Positions 26,200 through 37,639 of a DNA stretch of 64,000 nucleotides are shown here, piece by piece. The position numbers and the translations under genes are program-made. Each line of letters begins with the position of its first letter. Positions within the stretch are counted from its first letter, which is position 1. The stretch comes from Squalus acanthias. Lineage: Eukaryota. The stretch lies in contig CM059432.1 in assembly GCA_030390025.1 (NCBI GenBank), forward strand, positions 97,776,001 to 97,840,000, in the 5' to 3' direction. Under the pieces are notes generated by a model. That model did no database searches. It was not told the DNA's origin and saw only the letters and a program-made list of their open reading frames with translations.

Positions 26200-26803
26200 T
26201 AAGAAGGCATATGGGATACTTTCCTATATTAGCCGAGGCATAGAATATAAGAGCAGAGAGGTTATGCTTGAACTGTATAAACCACTAGTTAGGACACAGC
26301 TAGGATACTACGTACAGTTCTGGTCACCACATTACAGGAAAGATGTGATTGCACTAGAGAGGGGACAGAAGAGATTTACGAGGATGTTGCTAGGACTGGA
26401 GAATTTTAGCTATGAGGAAAGATTGGATAGGCTTGGGTTGTTTTCTTTGGAACAGAGGAGGCTGAGGGGATACTTGATGGAGGTGTAAAAATTATGAGGG
26501 GCCTAGATAGAATGGATAGGAAGGATCTATTTCCCCTAGCAGAGAGGTCAATAACCAAGGGATTTAGATTTTAAGTAATTGGTAGAAGGATTAGAGAGGA
26601 GTTGAGGAGAACTTTTTGCACCCAGAGGGTGGTGGGGGGTCTGGAACTCACTGTCTGATAGGGTGGTAGAGGCAGAAACCCTCATCGCTTTTAAAAAGTA
26701 CTTGGATATGCATTTGAAGTGCCATAACCTACAAGGCTACGGACCAAGAGCTGGAAAGTGGAATAGGCTAGATAGCTCTTTTTTGGCTGGCACAGACACG
26801 ATA
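26200..26803 (+). mobile_element. CR1 3' fragment; its last ~50 bp resume at 27700..27750
   Basis: LYKPLVRTQLGYYVQFWSPHYRKD. The tail ttctatgattttatgatt follows the nested copy. Confidence 0.85.
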
Positions 26804-27699
26804 GCAGTATCAGTTGCGAAGAGGATGTGAAGAGGCTTCAAGGGGATCTCGACAGGCTCAATGAGTGGGCGAGAACATGGCAGATGGAATATAACGTGGA
26901 TAAATGTGAAGTTATCAACTTTGGTAGAAAAAACAGAAAGTTAGAGTATTTCCTAAATGGTGAAAGATTGGGGAATGCAGATGCTCAAAGGGTCCTGGGT
27001 GTCCTTGTACATGAGTCACTGAAAGTGAATGTGCAGGTGCAGCAAGCCATTAGGAAGGCAAATGGTATGCTGGCCTTCATTACAAGAGGATTTGAGTACA
27101 GGAGTAAAGAAATCTTACTCCAATTATATAGGGCCTTGGTGAGACCACACCTGGAGTACTGTGTACAATTTTGGTTGCCTTATCTAAGGAAGGATATACT
27201 TGCCATAGAGGGAATGCAACAAAGGTTCACGAGATTGATTCCTGGGATGGCGGGACTGTCGTATGAGAAGAGATTGAGTAAACTAGGCCTGTATTCTCTT
27301 GAATTCAGAAGAGTGAGAGGGAATCACATTGAAGCATACAAAGTTATTATAGGATGGATGCTGGGAGAATGTTTCCCTTGTCTGGGGAGCCTAGAACCAG
27401 GGGCCACAGCCTCAAGATAAAGGGTAGGCCATTCAGGACTGAGATGAGAAGAAATTTCTTCACACAGAGGGTGGTGAATCTTTGGAATTCTCTACCCCAG
27501 AGGGCTATGGAGGCTCAGTCATTGGGTATATTCAAAACAGAAGTCGATAGATTTCTGACTAGTAAGGGCATCAAGGGATATGGCGATAGGGCCGGTGAAT
27601 GGAGTTGAGGCAGAAGATCAGCCATGATCTCATTGAATGGCGGAGCAGGCTCGAAGGGCCGAATTGCCTACTCCTGCTCCTATTTCTTATGTTCTTATG
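26804..27699 (+). mobile_element. CR1 3' fragment of the same subfamily as 920..3630, nested in another CR1
   Basis: Peptide nearly identical to ORF 1152..2204, tail ttcttatgttcttatg, short atag duplication at the flanks. Confidence 0.92.
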
Positions 27700-28384
27700 A
27701 TAGGTAGAATGGCCTCCTTCTGTGCTGTAAATTTCTATGATTTTATGATTTTCTCTAATAGCATAAAGGGTCCTGTTAGCAGATTTCCCATGGTAACTGT
27801 CGCAACAAAGGGTCCTAAGGAATTAACTGGCATTCAAATGAAGCATTCCATCTGAAATATTAACCTCTCTTCATTTTCAGTCATTGACCAACCTGCAATG
27901 TGTTTCCAGCCTTTCCTAGTTTTATTTCAAATTTCGAACATTCAGTTTTTCTTTTAGTTGCTGCTAAGTGAAAATTGCTTAGAGCAGTTTCGACCAGCTC
28001 TTAATGAATGCAAGTTCACAACAAAAAACCTGTCATAACATATGACTAATTGGTATGAAATTGGCTCTCTCACGTTGAGAGACTAATGATGGCTGATGTG
28101 GGAAAAGAAATGTCAAACTGCTGCAACATTGGATCTTTTCTGAGATTGGAATTAAAGTATATTGTTGGGGCTATGAGATGTCTAACCTTGGAATCCTTGA
28201 TGCTGGCACTGAGTGCACAAGCCAGAAGGAAATATTAGTCTGCACACTCCTCAGCAGTGAGGCTTTGAAGATCACAAAATTTAACCAAAAACATGAAACA
28301 AAGCAAAGACGAGCCAAAAATCTGCACTGCCTTTGGTGAGATAGGGACAATACATGGCACATCTTAATTTTAGGCATTGGATTT

Positions 28385-28876
28385 TTTTTTAAATTAATTC
28401 ATGGGATGTGGGCATTGCTGGCAAAGCCAGCATTTATTGACCATCCCTAGTTGTCCTTGAGAAGGTGGTGGTGAGTTGCCTATTGAACCGCTGAAGTCTG
28501 TGTGGTGAAGGTACTCCCACAGTGCTGTTAGGGAGGGAATTCCAGGATTTGGACCCAGCGATGATGAAGGAACGGAAATATACTTCCAAGTCAGAATGGT
28601 GTGTGACTTCGAGGGGAACTTGGTGGTGTTTCCATGCGCCTGCTGCCCTTGCTCTTCTCGGTGGTAGAGGTCGCAGGTTTGGGAGGTGCTGCCGAAGAAG
28701 CCTTGGCGAGTTGCTGCAGTGCATCTTGTAGATGGTACACACTGCAGCTACGGTACGCCGGTGGTGGAGGGAGTGAATGTTTAAGGTGGTCAATGGGGTG
28801 GCAATCAAGCAGGCTGCTTTATCCTGGATGGTGTCGAGCTTCTTGAGTGTTGTTGGAGCTGCACTCATCCAGGCAA
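28385..28876 (-). mobile_element. LINE family A 3' end
   Basis: MSAAPTTLKKLDTIQDKAACLI...SLHHRRTVAAVCTIYKMHC, with an A tail at 28382..28390. Confidence 0.88.
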
Positions 28877-29530
28877 CAGGCTATCCTAGACTGGGTATTG
28901 AGCAATGAGAAGGGGTGAATTCATAATCTTGTTGTGCGGGGTCCTTTAGGGAAAAGTGACCATAACATGATAAAATTATTCATTAAGATGGAAAGTGAAG
29001 AAGTCCAATCCGAAACTAGGGTCCTAAATCTAAACAAAGGAAACTACAAAGGTATGAGGAGTGAGTTGGCTATGATAGATTGGGGAGCTTCATTAAAAGG
29101 CATGATGGTGGATAGGCAATGGCTAACATTTAAGGAACGAATGCATGAATTGCAACAGTTATACATTCCTTTCAGGTGCAAAAACACAAAAGGAAAAGCG
29201 GCCCAACCATGGCTAACAAAAGAAATTAAGGATAGTATTAGATCCAAAGAGGAGTCATATAAAGTTGCCAGAAAAAGTAGCAAGTCTGAGGATTGGGAGC
29301 TGTTTAGAGTTCAGCAAAAAAGGACCAAGAGATTGATTAAGAGGGGAAAAATAGAATATGAGAGTAAACTTGCAAGGAACATAAAAGTGGACTGTAAAAG
29401 CTTCTACAAGTATGTAAAAAGAAAAAGATTAGTGAAGACAAATGTAGGTCCCTTACAGTCAGAAACGGGAGAATTTATAATGGGGAACAAGGAAATGGTT
29501 GAGCAATTAAACAAATACTTTGGTTCTGTC
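28877..29530 (+). mobile_element. Internal CR1 ORF2 fragment
   Basis: GPLGKSDHNMI...QPWLTKEIK...KSFYKYVKRKR. Confidence 0.9.
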
Positions 29531-30270
29531 ATCAAGATCTTGTTGCATGCGGGCATAGACTGCTTCATTACCTGAGGAGTTGCAAATGGCACTGAACACT
29601 GTGCAGTCGTCAGCGAACATCCCCATTTCTGACCTTATGTTGGAGGGAAGGTCACTGATGAAGCAGCTGAAGATGGTTGGGCCTTGGACACTGCCGTGTG
29701 GAACTCTGCAGCGATGTCCTGGGTCTGAGATGATTGACCTCCAACCATCACAACCATCTTCCTTTGTGCTAGATAAGACTCCAGCCAGTGGAGAGTTTTC
29801 CCCCAATTCCCATTGACTTCAGTTTTACTAGGGCTCCTTGATGCCACACACGGTCAAATGCTGCCTTGATGTCAAGGGCAGTCACTCTCACCTCACCTCT
29901 AGAATTCAGCTGCTTTGTCCATGTTCGGACCAAGGCTGTAATGAGGTCTGGAGCCTAGTGGTCCTGCCGGAAACCAAACTGGGCATCGGTGAGCAGTTTA
30001 TTGGTGAGTAAGTGCTGCTTGATAGCACTATCAACGACACCTTCCATCACTTTGCTGATGATTGAGAGTAGGCTGATGGGGCGGTAATTGGCCGGATTGG
30101 ATTTGCCCTGCTTTTTGTGGACAGGACATACCCAGGCAGTTTTCCACATTGTCGGATAGATGTCAGTGTTGTAGCTGTACTGGAACAGTTTGGCGAGGGG
30201 CGCGGCTAGTTCTGGAGCACAAGTCTGCAGCATTACAGCCGGGATGTTGTCGGGGCCCATAGCCTTTGCT
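29531..30270 (-). mobile_element. LINE family A RT fragment
   Basis: GPDNIP...NYRPISLLSIISKVME...QFGFR and VPHGSVQGP...MFADD. Confidence 0.88.
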
Positions 30271-30494
30271 TTAGGGGGCTATTTTTTTCCATCAGGTTTA
30301 CACCCCATTTTCGTTCCACTAACATTTCCATCCCAGAGGGGAAGGACTGCTTCCTTTGCCTGCCCCTTCCCCAGTGCGCACCTGAGATGGATAGCGTAAG
30401 GCGTCAGAATTATTGGCATTTAAGCTGGTGTGTGGGTGATGAAAATGGACGGGGGTGGTCAAGGGTATCAGTAGCACATGGGTCAGGATGGTCA

Positions 30495-30740
30495 TTATTA
30501 CCATAATCTAAAACTCCTCCTCCTGCCCCTCCTCCTCCAATCCCTCCCCCTTCTAAACCTTCCCTACTTGCCTCCCTCTTGCTACACCTTCTCCTCCCTC
30601 TCCTCTCTTTCTCTTTATCTCCCCATCCCATCCTTCCCCTCTCCTTCTCTTCCCCCCTTCCTACTCCTCCCCTTTGCCCCTCCCCTCCTGCCCCTCCCCT
30701 CACTCCTGTTCTCCCCCACCTCCTCCCTCTCCTTCCTATA
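30495..30740 (+). repeat. Polypyrimidine low-complexity tract
   Basis: About 240 nt almost entirely C/T, downstream of a MITE-like end (gggggctatttt near 30274). Confidence 0.8.
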
Positions 30741-31254
30741 TCAAGTTCAGGTTCTGCTGTGTACCCACTCACCTGCAGTTAGCATTGGCCTGGTGACACT
30801 TTCTCTGCAGCAGCTCAGAAGCTTGCTCCTTGAATTCAGTGAGCTCCTAAAGATTTAAAAATCTGGGGTTCTGCTGCCAGTGGACTGCCTCTACTGGGCA
30901 TTGCGTGCCATTTTCTCTTGGGAAAATATTAACACATTTAGACAAAAGTAAAGATACCTCCAAGGTGGCAGCAGACAGCTGAAGTAACAAGGAGGACAAG
31001 TGCTAGAAGGACTCTGTAACATGAAAAGTTGGAGTTGTAAGGGGTTGCATACAAGAACCAATACAACAACTTGCATGCCTTCAATATAGAGAAACATCCC
31101 AGATGGAGGAGCCAGAGAGTTATTGATGTCAGGTGCACTGTGAATGAAGACTTGTCATTCTATTTAAGTAATGGGAGTGCTCAGTAGAAGCGGTCTCATG
31201 GTGCAAGATGAACAGGGGAAGGTGACTGTACTCTTCCCTTGCCTGCTTCAATCA

Positions 31255-31675
31255 GAAAGACAAAAAGACTTGCATTTATATAGCACCTCTCATGACCTCA
31301 GGATGCTCCAAAGCACTTTATAGCCAATTAAGTACTTTTTGAAGTGTAGTCACTGTTGTAATGTAGGAAATGCAGCAACCAATTTGCACACAGCAAGGTC
31401 CCATAAACAACAATGTGATGAACAGATTTAGTGACATTGGTTGAGGGGTAAATATTGGCCAGGATACTGGGGAGAACTCCCCTACTCTTCATTGAGATAT
31501 GTCATAGGACCTATTATGTCCACCTGAGAGGGCAAACGGAGCCTTAGCTTAACGTCTCATCCAAAAGACGGCACATCCGACAGTGCAGCATTCCCTCAGT
31601 ACTGCACTGGCGTGGGACTTGAACCCACAACCTTCTAACTCAGAGGCGAGAGTGCTACCCTCTAAACCACAGCTA
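31255..31675 (-). mobile_element. SacSINE1-like SINE
   Basis: Reverse complement of the family at 12213..12650. Confidence 0.8.
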
Positions 31676-32458
31676 ACACCTAATCAGATCATTAAACTTT
31701 TTGTGGCCCTGGTCTACTGCCCAGGGGGTGATAAATATCCAGTTGGTGTCACTGCCACCACCCTTCACACTGCTCTGGTAACCTCCTTTCCTGTGAGGTC
31801 AGACAGTCTCTCCTCTGGAAAATCTCAAGCAGAAGGACCTGTAAGTCAGCCTCTGAAACATTCTGGGCTTGTCTCCTTGTTCTGCCTCCGATGCGCTGTG
31901 TTGCAATTCCCCAGTACTTGATGTGGATGCCATGACATCTTGAGAAAACAGGAGGAATCCTTTAGCAATAAATTACTGCAGTTCAACATTGTTGTCAAAA
32001 CCTGGAGGAGAGAATAATCTAATTACCGGCTGTGCCTCCAGGAAACTGCTGTCACATTAAGTTGTTGCCCGCTTTTATATCCTGCAGCAACAAGTTTCCG
32101 TTCACCCCCACCCACAAGGATTTACTGATTTACTCCTCTGTTACATGGACATTGCACTCCTGGTCCTCCAATCAATATGGTAATGAGCTGGCCATGCAAA
32201 TTCTGGCAGGGTAAATGGCACACTTGATCAGCAGGCAGGACTGCTGCCCGGTAACATTCCTGCAGCATAAACAGCCTTGTGAATCCTCAGCCCCAGAGTT
32301 CATTAAAAAAAAATCAAAGGGATGACTACAAGTATCATTCCTTAGAATGGCTGTCATTAAATGGATATAATCTGCACATTGGAACAAAAGTAGATTTATT
32401 TATTAATTTTACAGTCATTTGCATTAGTCAGTGTACTGCTGTCCTGTTCAGTTAGCAA

Positions 32459-33312
32459 GGGCTGGATATTTACTGGGGTGAGTTGCATAGGCGGGTGCGG
32501 GAAGTTTCAGATGGGGAACCCGGAAGTCTGGGTTTCCCCGCACGCTGTGGAGATTTAACTCCACAACGTTGGACTTTTGCCCTCACAGGATTGGCTTCCA
32601 GTCGGGTGGGGAGCATGCTGGAGGAGGCCGCAGGACCAGGTCGGTCCAATCCCGAGGAGGGTGTTCGATCCCAAAGGGGGGTCCGATCCCTGACCCGGGG
32701 CGGGCACTGGATCCGATCCCAGGGGTGGTTCCGATCCCCGAACCTTGGGGGGATCCAATCCTGGGGGGGTGAGATCCCCGACCTTGAGGGATTAGTCTGA
32801 TCCCAGGGAGGTCCAATCCTTTACCTCGAGGTGGGGGGGGGGGAGCGGGGTTCCGATGCAGAAGAGGGGTCTGATCCTCGAACACGAAGTGGGGGTCCAA
32901 TTCCAGGGTATTTTGTATAGGAGGGGGGTCTGATGGTGGGGGAGCTTGGGGGACTGTGAGGAAGCACTCCAGCTCCTCCTGTTCCACAAGGAGTGCTGTG
33001 AAGGCACTTAACTTCTCCCCGGGCTGTCCTCACCTTGCTGCAGCTGCCGGGTTTCCCAAGGCCTGGGAAACCCGGCTGGCCACAGTAAAACCTACAAAGC
33101 AAGTTATATCCAAGGCATCCTGCCTCATTAACATATTTAAAATGCCATCCTGCCTCCTGGGACCAGGTTGGCTGTCTGCCTGTTGTCCCACCTCAGTAAA
33201 ACCCGAAAGTCGGCAGGTTGGAGCCGGCTTTCTGACGCGCTCGGAATTTTTGCCCATTTAACCCCCCACCCGCACCCACTTCCTCCCGGTCACCCATGCT
33301 AAAATTCGCCCC
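32459..33312. mobile_element. Harbinger-type MITE with an internal minisatellite
   Basis: Ends gggctggatatttt / aaaattcgcccc, flanks CAA/CAA. Confidence 0.65.
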
Positions 33313-33589
33313 CAAGTCTCTGCAGGAGAAATCAATACAACCGGTAAGTACTGCAATACAATGGTTGATTAATAGGCTAGCTTTGAAACCTCAACACAGT
33401 CCAATTTGATACTCAGGAGATAGTTGCATCACAGTTAGGTTTCACAGTGTGAATAGTTGCCAACAGTGTTATACAGAGTGTTAACACTTCTATAGTCCCA
33501 TGTGACAAAACACCATTTACATGCAGAAATCAATTCGTTTTTTCATACTTCAAGCCTGTAGGATTTTCTCATTATTTTCTCAGTATTTC

Positions 33590-34212
33590 TGTGAGGCTTG
33601 GCTTAAACACGTTACTGAGTGAGGGATAAACTTAGCCACAGACAAAAAGAGTAGTTCCCTTTTTGTTCACTTTATTAAAACAAAAATGAATACTCATTAC
33701 ACAATCCCAATTTTCATTACAAGGTTTAACAAAACTTAGTAACTAAATTTACTATAAAATTCAGTAGCCAAATACATGCAACCTTTGTTTAGACTGTACT
33801 GCACCCAGAATCAAGAAGTGATCAGCTCCGTCGCTCTCTGGAGGTTCTCCTATGCACGTCTGCCCACTTCTTCCTTATAGACAGTTTCTTCATCTCCACC
33901 GTTGGTTAACAACTTAGGTGAGCCCAATGGTCTCCTTGTGTCCACCCACTTTGTCACTCCTTGTTTCTTGGTTTCTCTGCATTGTTGTTCGAATCTGCCA
34001 ATCCCATCTTGTCTCCGGGTATATGTTCTCCTGTTATTAATGACACGGTTTCAGCCAGTGGTGCTTCAGGGCTCTTATGATCTCAGTCTTTTGTTTCTAC
34101 ACTTAACGTTGTTTAAGTCTGTTCCTTGGTTCAACACCTTTTTACAGAACTAATCAGTCATCTGCTCTTCAATGATCTGCAGGCCCATCACACTTTGTTT
34201 TCTGGTCTCACA
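33590..34212 (-). mobile_element. Possible solo LTR
   Basis: Termini tgtgaggc...gtctcaca. Minus-strand TATAA near 33878 and AATAAA near 33675. No TSD seen. Confidence 0.35.
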
Positions 34213-34356
34213 CCTTTGTCACATTTATTGTCCTTAACACATCACACCCTTTGATCCTTTGCTTTTCTGTCTTGCATTAATTTTACACAGGATAGCTCGA
34301 AGACAAGGTTACTGTTGCATTTACAAAAAATGTTTCTTGCTCAACATAGTCGAGTA

Positions 34357-34522
34357 CAAAAGCAAAATACTGCGGACGCTGGAAAACTGTAATAAAAACA
34401 GAATGCCACTTCTGATGAAAGGCCATCGACCTGAAACATTACCTCTGTTTCTCTCTCCACAGATGCTGCCTGGCCTGCTGAGTATTTCCAGCATTCTGTT
34501 TTTATTTATAGTTAAATACAAA
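34357..34522 (+). mobile_element. Short Penelope-like insert with inverted terminal piece and degenerate hammerhead
   Basis: TSD-like atagtcgagta (34346..34356) / atagtcaagta (34523..34533). CTGATGA at 34412..34418 and GAAAC at 34433..34437. Confidence 0.7.
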
Positions 34523-34674
34523 ATAGTCAAGTATCCCGTGATGCACCAGCACACTGTAGTTCAACGTTGCCTTCAGTCATTTTATTCAATCAATCTCTAC
34601 AAGCCCAGATGATTGTCACGTGATTTTTTTTTGCCATTTATTTTCACTTAAGGTTTCATCAGTATGTTTAAAGC

Positions 34675-34945
34675 AACAACAACAACAACTTGCATTTATA
34701 TAGCACATTTAACGTAGTAAAAACATCCCAAGGCACTTCACAGGAGCGTTACCAAACTAAGCCACATAAGGAGATTTTAGGACAGCTGACCAAAAGCTTG
34801 GTCAAAGAGGTAGGTTTTAAGGAGCATCTTAAAGGAGGCGAGCGAGAGGTAGAGATACGGAAAGGTTTAGAGAGGGAATTCCAGCGCTTTGGACCTCAGC
34901 AGCCGAAGGCACGGCCGCCAATGGTGGAGCGATTAAAATCGTCAC
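34675..34945 (-). mobile_element. L2 LINE 3' end
   Basis: (aac)n ttgcatttatatagcac tail shared with the SacSINE1-like tail, followed by L2-like terminal sequence. Confidence 0.7.
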
Positions 34946-36358
34946 ATGTAATTTTACACTGAGTGCTAACTTAATATTGCTGCTATGCAATTGGATTTGG
35001 ATTGGATTGTGTTAGACATTTGACAGGAAATACCTAAGGTATGTGTGATATGTACTAAAGAATGATGTTCTATGCAGTTAGTTGTCTTTTTTTAAATAGC
35101 AGTTTATGGCCTATCATCCAAAGGATTGGGAAAGCAGATACAATAATCTACCAGCATTCAAAGGCATAGTATAATAAGACTGGCACCTTACTATGTAAAC
35201 AAAAGCCAGCAAACGACTGTCAGTATTATACCTAATGCCTGCGATATCGATGGGTTACTGAGAAAACATTTCAGGAGTATTGTTTCAGGAAGTACCCTGT
35301 TTGTTGCATGCTGCCAAATTACAGTTGAGAGAAAGTGGGTTCTGTGCATTACAGCACTGATAATGTTCATTATGATTATAGCTGCTAGAATATATACTGC
35401 AATAGATTAGGTCCTGACCTTTGTGCTGTTTAGGCAATGGCCTCATGATGGGATTGGAGCTCCTGAGCAATGCTCCAGCCACACAATGCCCGTTCTAAAT
35501 GGGTATTGAAAGGGTGGTCACCAAAAAACTGTGACCTAAAAAATTTGGCTCCCTGTGCCTTGCCTGTTGCATCCAATATCTCTGCCCCCGCCCTTAGTCC
35601 TTTGCTCCATGCCGGTACCACTTCCCTTAGCCTTGGAAAGTCTTCAGTGTCACGAGAGACACATCCAGAAAGCTAGTAAATTATGCAAGTGAACTAACCA
35701 TGCATTATCTGGTGTCATATACTGTCTGTACAGTACCAGAAGTATGACACTCAGCATGATCAGCCCAACAATGTGACTAAGGGGAAGCATTAGGGCAAAA
35801 ACAAACAGTAGGCACATATGCAAATCACTCCTAATGTTATATATTTGATTTCACTTTATTTCACCTGTGTTAAGCCTTTTCTTGAGATAGTAATAGCAGA
35901 TGAAAAGAATGGAATCCATAGTACTTGAATTATTGTAGAGGTCAATGTTGGTGAGAGTGCATTTAGCCCGTGTAATATGCACATGTGGAGAAGAATGATG
36001 ATGCATTGGGCAAGTGGGACATTTAGGTGAAAGTCTTATTACTGAGAACCTACCACACGGCAGTTGCTGCCCGCAAAGGCGCTTCAGCAAGAATATCTTC
36101 TGGATCTGTGATCTTGTCTTGCTCTATTGTTGGTTGTGGATGAGGGTTTTCCTCCACCACCTGTTCTATGCTTAAGCATCTTTAGATGGAACAGGCTATG
36201 ATGATCTTGGAGACCCTGATAGATTTGTATTTTATGACACCTAGTGATCTGCCCAGACATCTGAAATGTTGATTCAAAATGCCTACGGTGAGTTCAGTAA
36301 TGATCTTGTGCTGACGGTCATGGCTGTGTTCAGAGGAGTGAGGAGCCAGAGTTGAAGA

Positions 36359-37172
36359 CCAGAACCTTCATAGTCAATATGTTTGAAACTTCTGGAGTGT
36401 TAGCTGAGCTAGCTAACTCCCATAGTTGATGAAAATGGGGAAAAGAATCATTGTGCAAAAGGTTAATTATAGCATAGTTTATCTTTGAAGACACAAAGGA
36501 TCCCATGGAGGCACGGAAAAGAACCAATAGCTGAAATAATATATAAAGGGATCTCTGTTTATTATCCTGGGCATTCTATGATATTTTAAATAGATAACAG
36601 GGCAAATGAAGACACTATCCTTGCACTCTACTTCCTCTATTAAATACCCCTAGTAGTTTGGGTTACCTTAAAATGAAGTCATTATGATTGCTACCTGAGA
36701 TACAGCATTCATTTGCATAATTATGTATTGTTGGTCACAGATGACTTACATTCTAATGTAATGCTAGCTGTTTCAGTTCATGAAGGCAATGACTTTATGT
36801 GCAGGGGCCTGTACTTTTTGGGGGTTTCTTTTACTCTTTTCCACTCTGGTTATTTTTCACTCCTGTGCTTTAGACTATTCTTGTTGGTTAACCCTTGTTC
36901 CCTACATCCTTGATAGTGTCTTCATTTGCCCTGTTATCTATTTAAAATATCATAGAATGCCCAGGATAATAAACAGAGATCCCTTTATATATTATTTCAG
37001 CTATTGGTTCTTTTCTGTGCCTCCACGGGATCCTTTGTGTCTTCAAAGATAAACTATGCTATAATTAACTTTTTGCACAATGATTCTTTTCCCCATTTTC
37101 ATCAACCATGGGAGTTAGCTAGCTGAGCTATCTCTCCAGAAGTTTCAAACATATTGACTGTGAAGGTTCTGG
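36359..37172. repeat. Long inverted repeat: 261-bp arms at 36359..36619 and 36912..37172
   Basis: Direct comparison gives about 8 substitutions and no indels seen, with a 292-bp spacer. Confidence 0.95.
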
Positions 37173-37639
37173 ATCAAACTCCAAGATTTAACTGGAGTTT
37201 CATGAATTTAAGTAGCTGTCTGTTAACTTTAGACAAATCATACAGCATGTTTGTATCTGAATTGAGTGACTTGGTTCTTTTCTCAAACATACAAATCCTA
37301 ATTGCAACCAGAGCATATGACCTCTTCCCTATTCAAATAATGCTTTCCTTGTTTTGGTACTGTTATGGCAGCACTGCATCTAGATAACCTACTTCTACTC
37401 CTTTGTTTCTTCCAGCATTAAATGATTACACTTTCGAAATGACATCTTTGCATGTTTACATAGCCCAGGTAATTGACTTTAAGTGCAGTATTGTTGGCTT
37501 AAATTAGCAGGTGGCTTGAAATGTAAAATTTTCTTCTAATATTGTTCCAACTCCCGCAGAACCTGGACACTGTGGGCACTGCATTTACCCTTTCTGCCAC
37601 CTCTCCCCATGTCTCCTGCGCAGGTACTTCTGGAGGGGA

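Noticed and set aside
30410..30858. Gly/Arg- or Pro/Leu-rich ORFs
   Set aside because: Products of the polypyrimidine tract.
32635..32940. CRISPR-like array
   Set aside because: Repeats are short and degenerate, spacing is irregular, spacers are low complexity, there are no cas genes and the context is eukaryotic.
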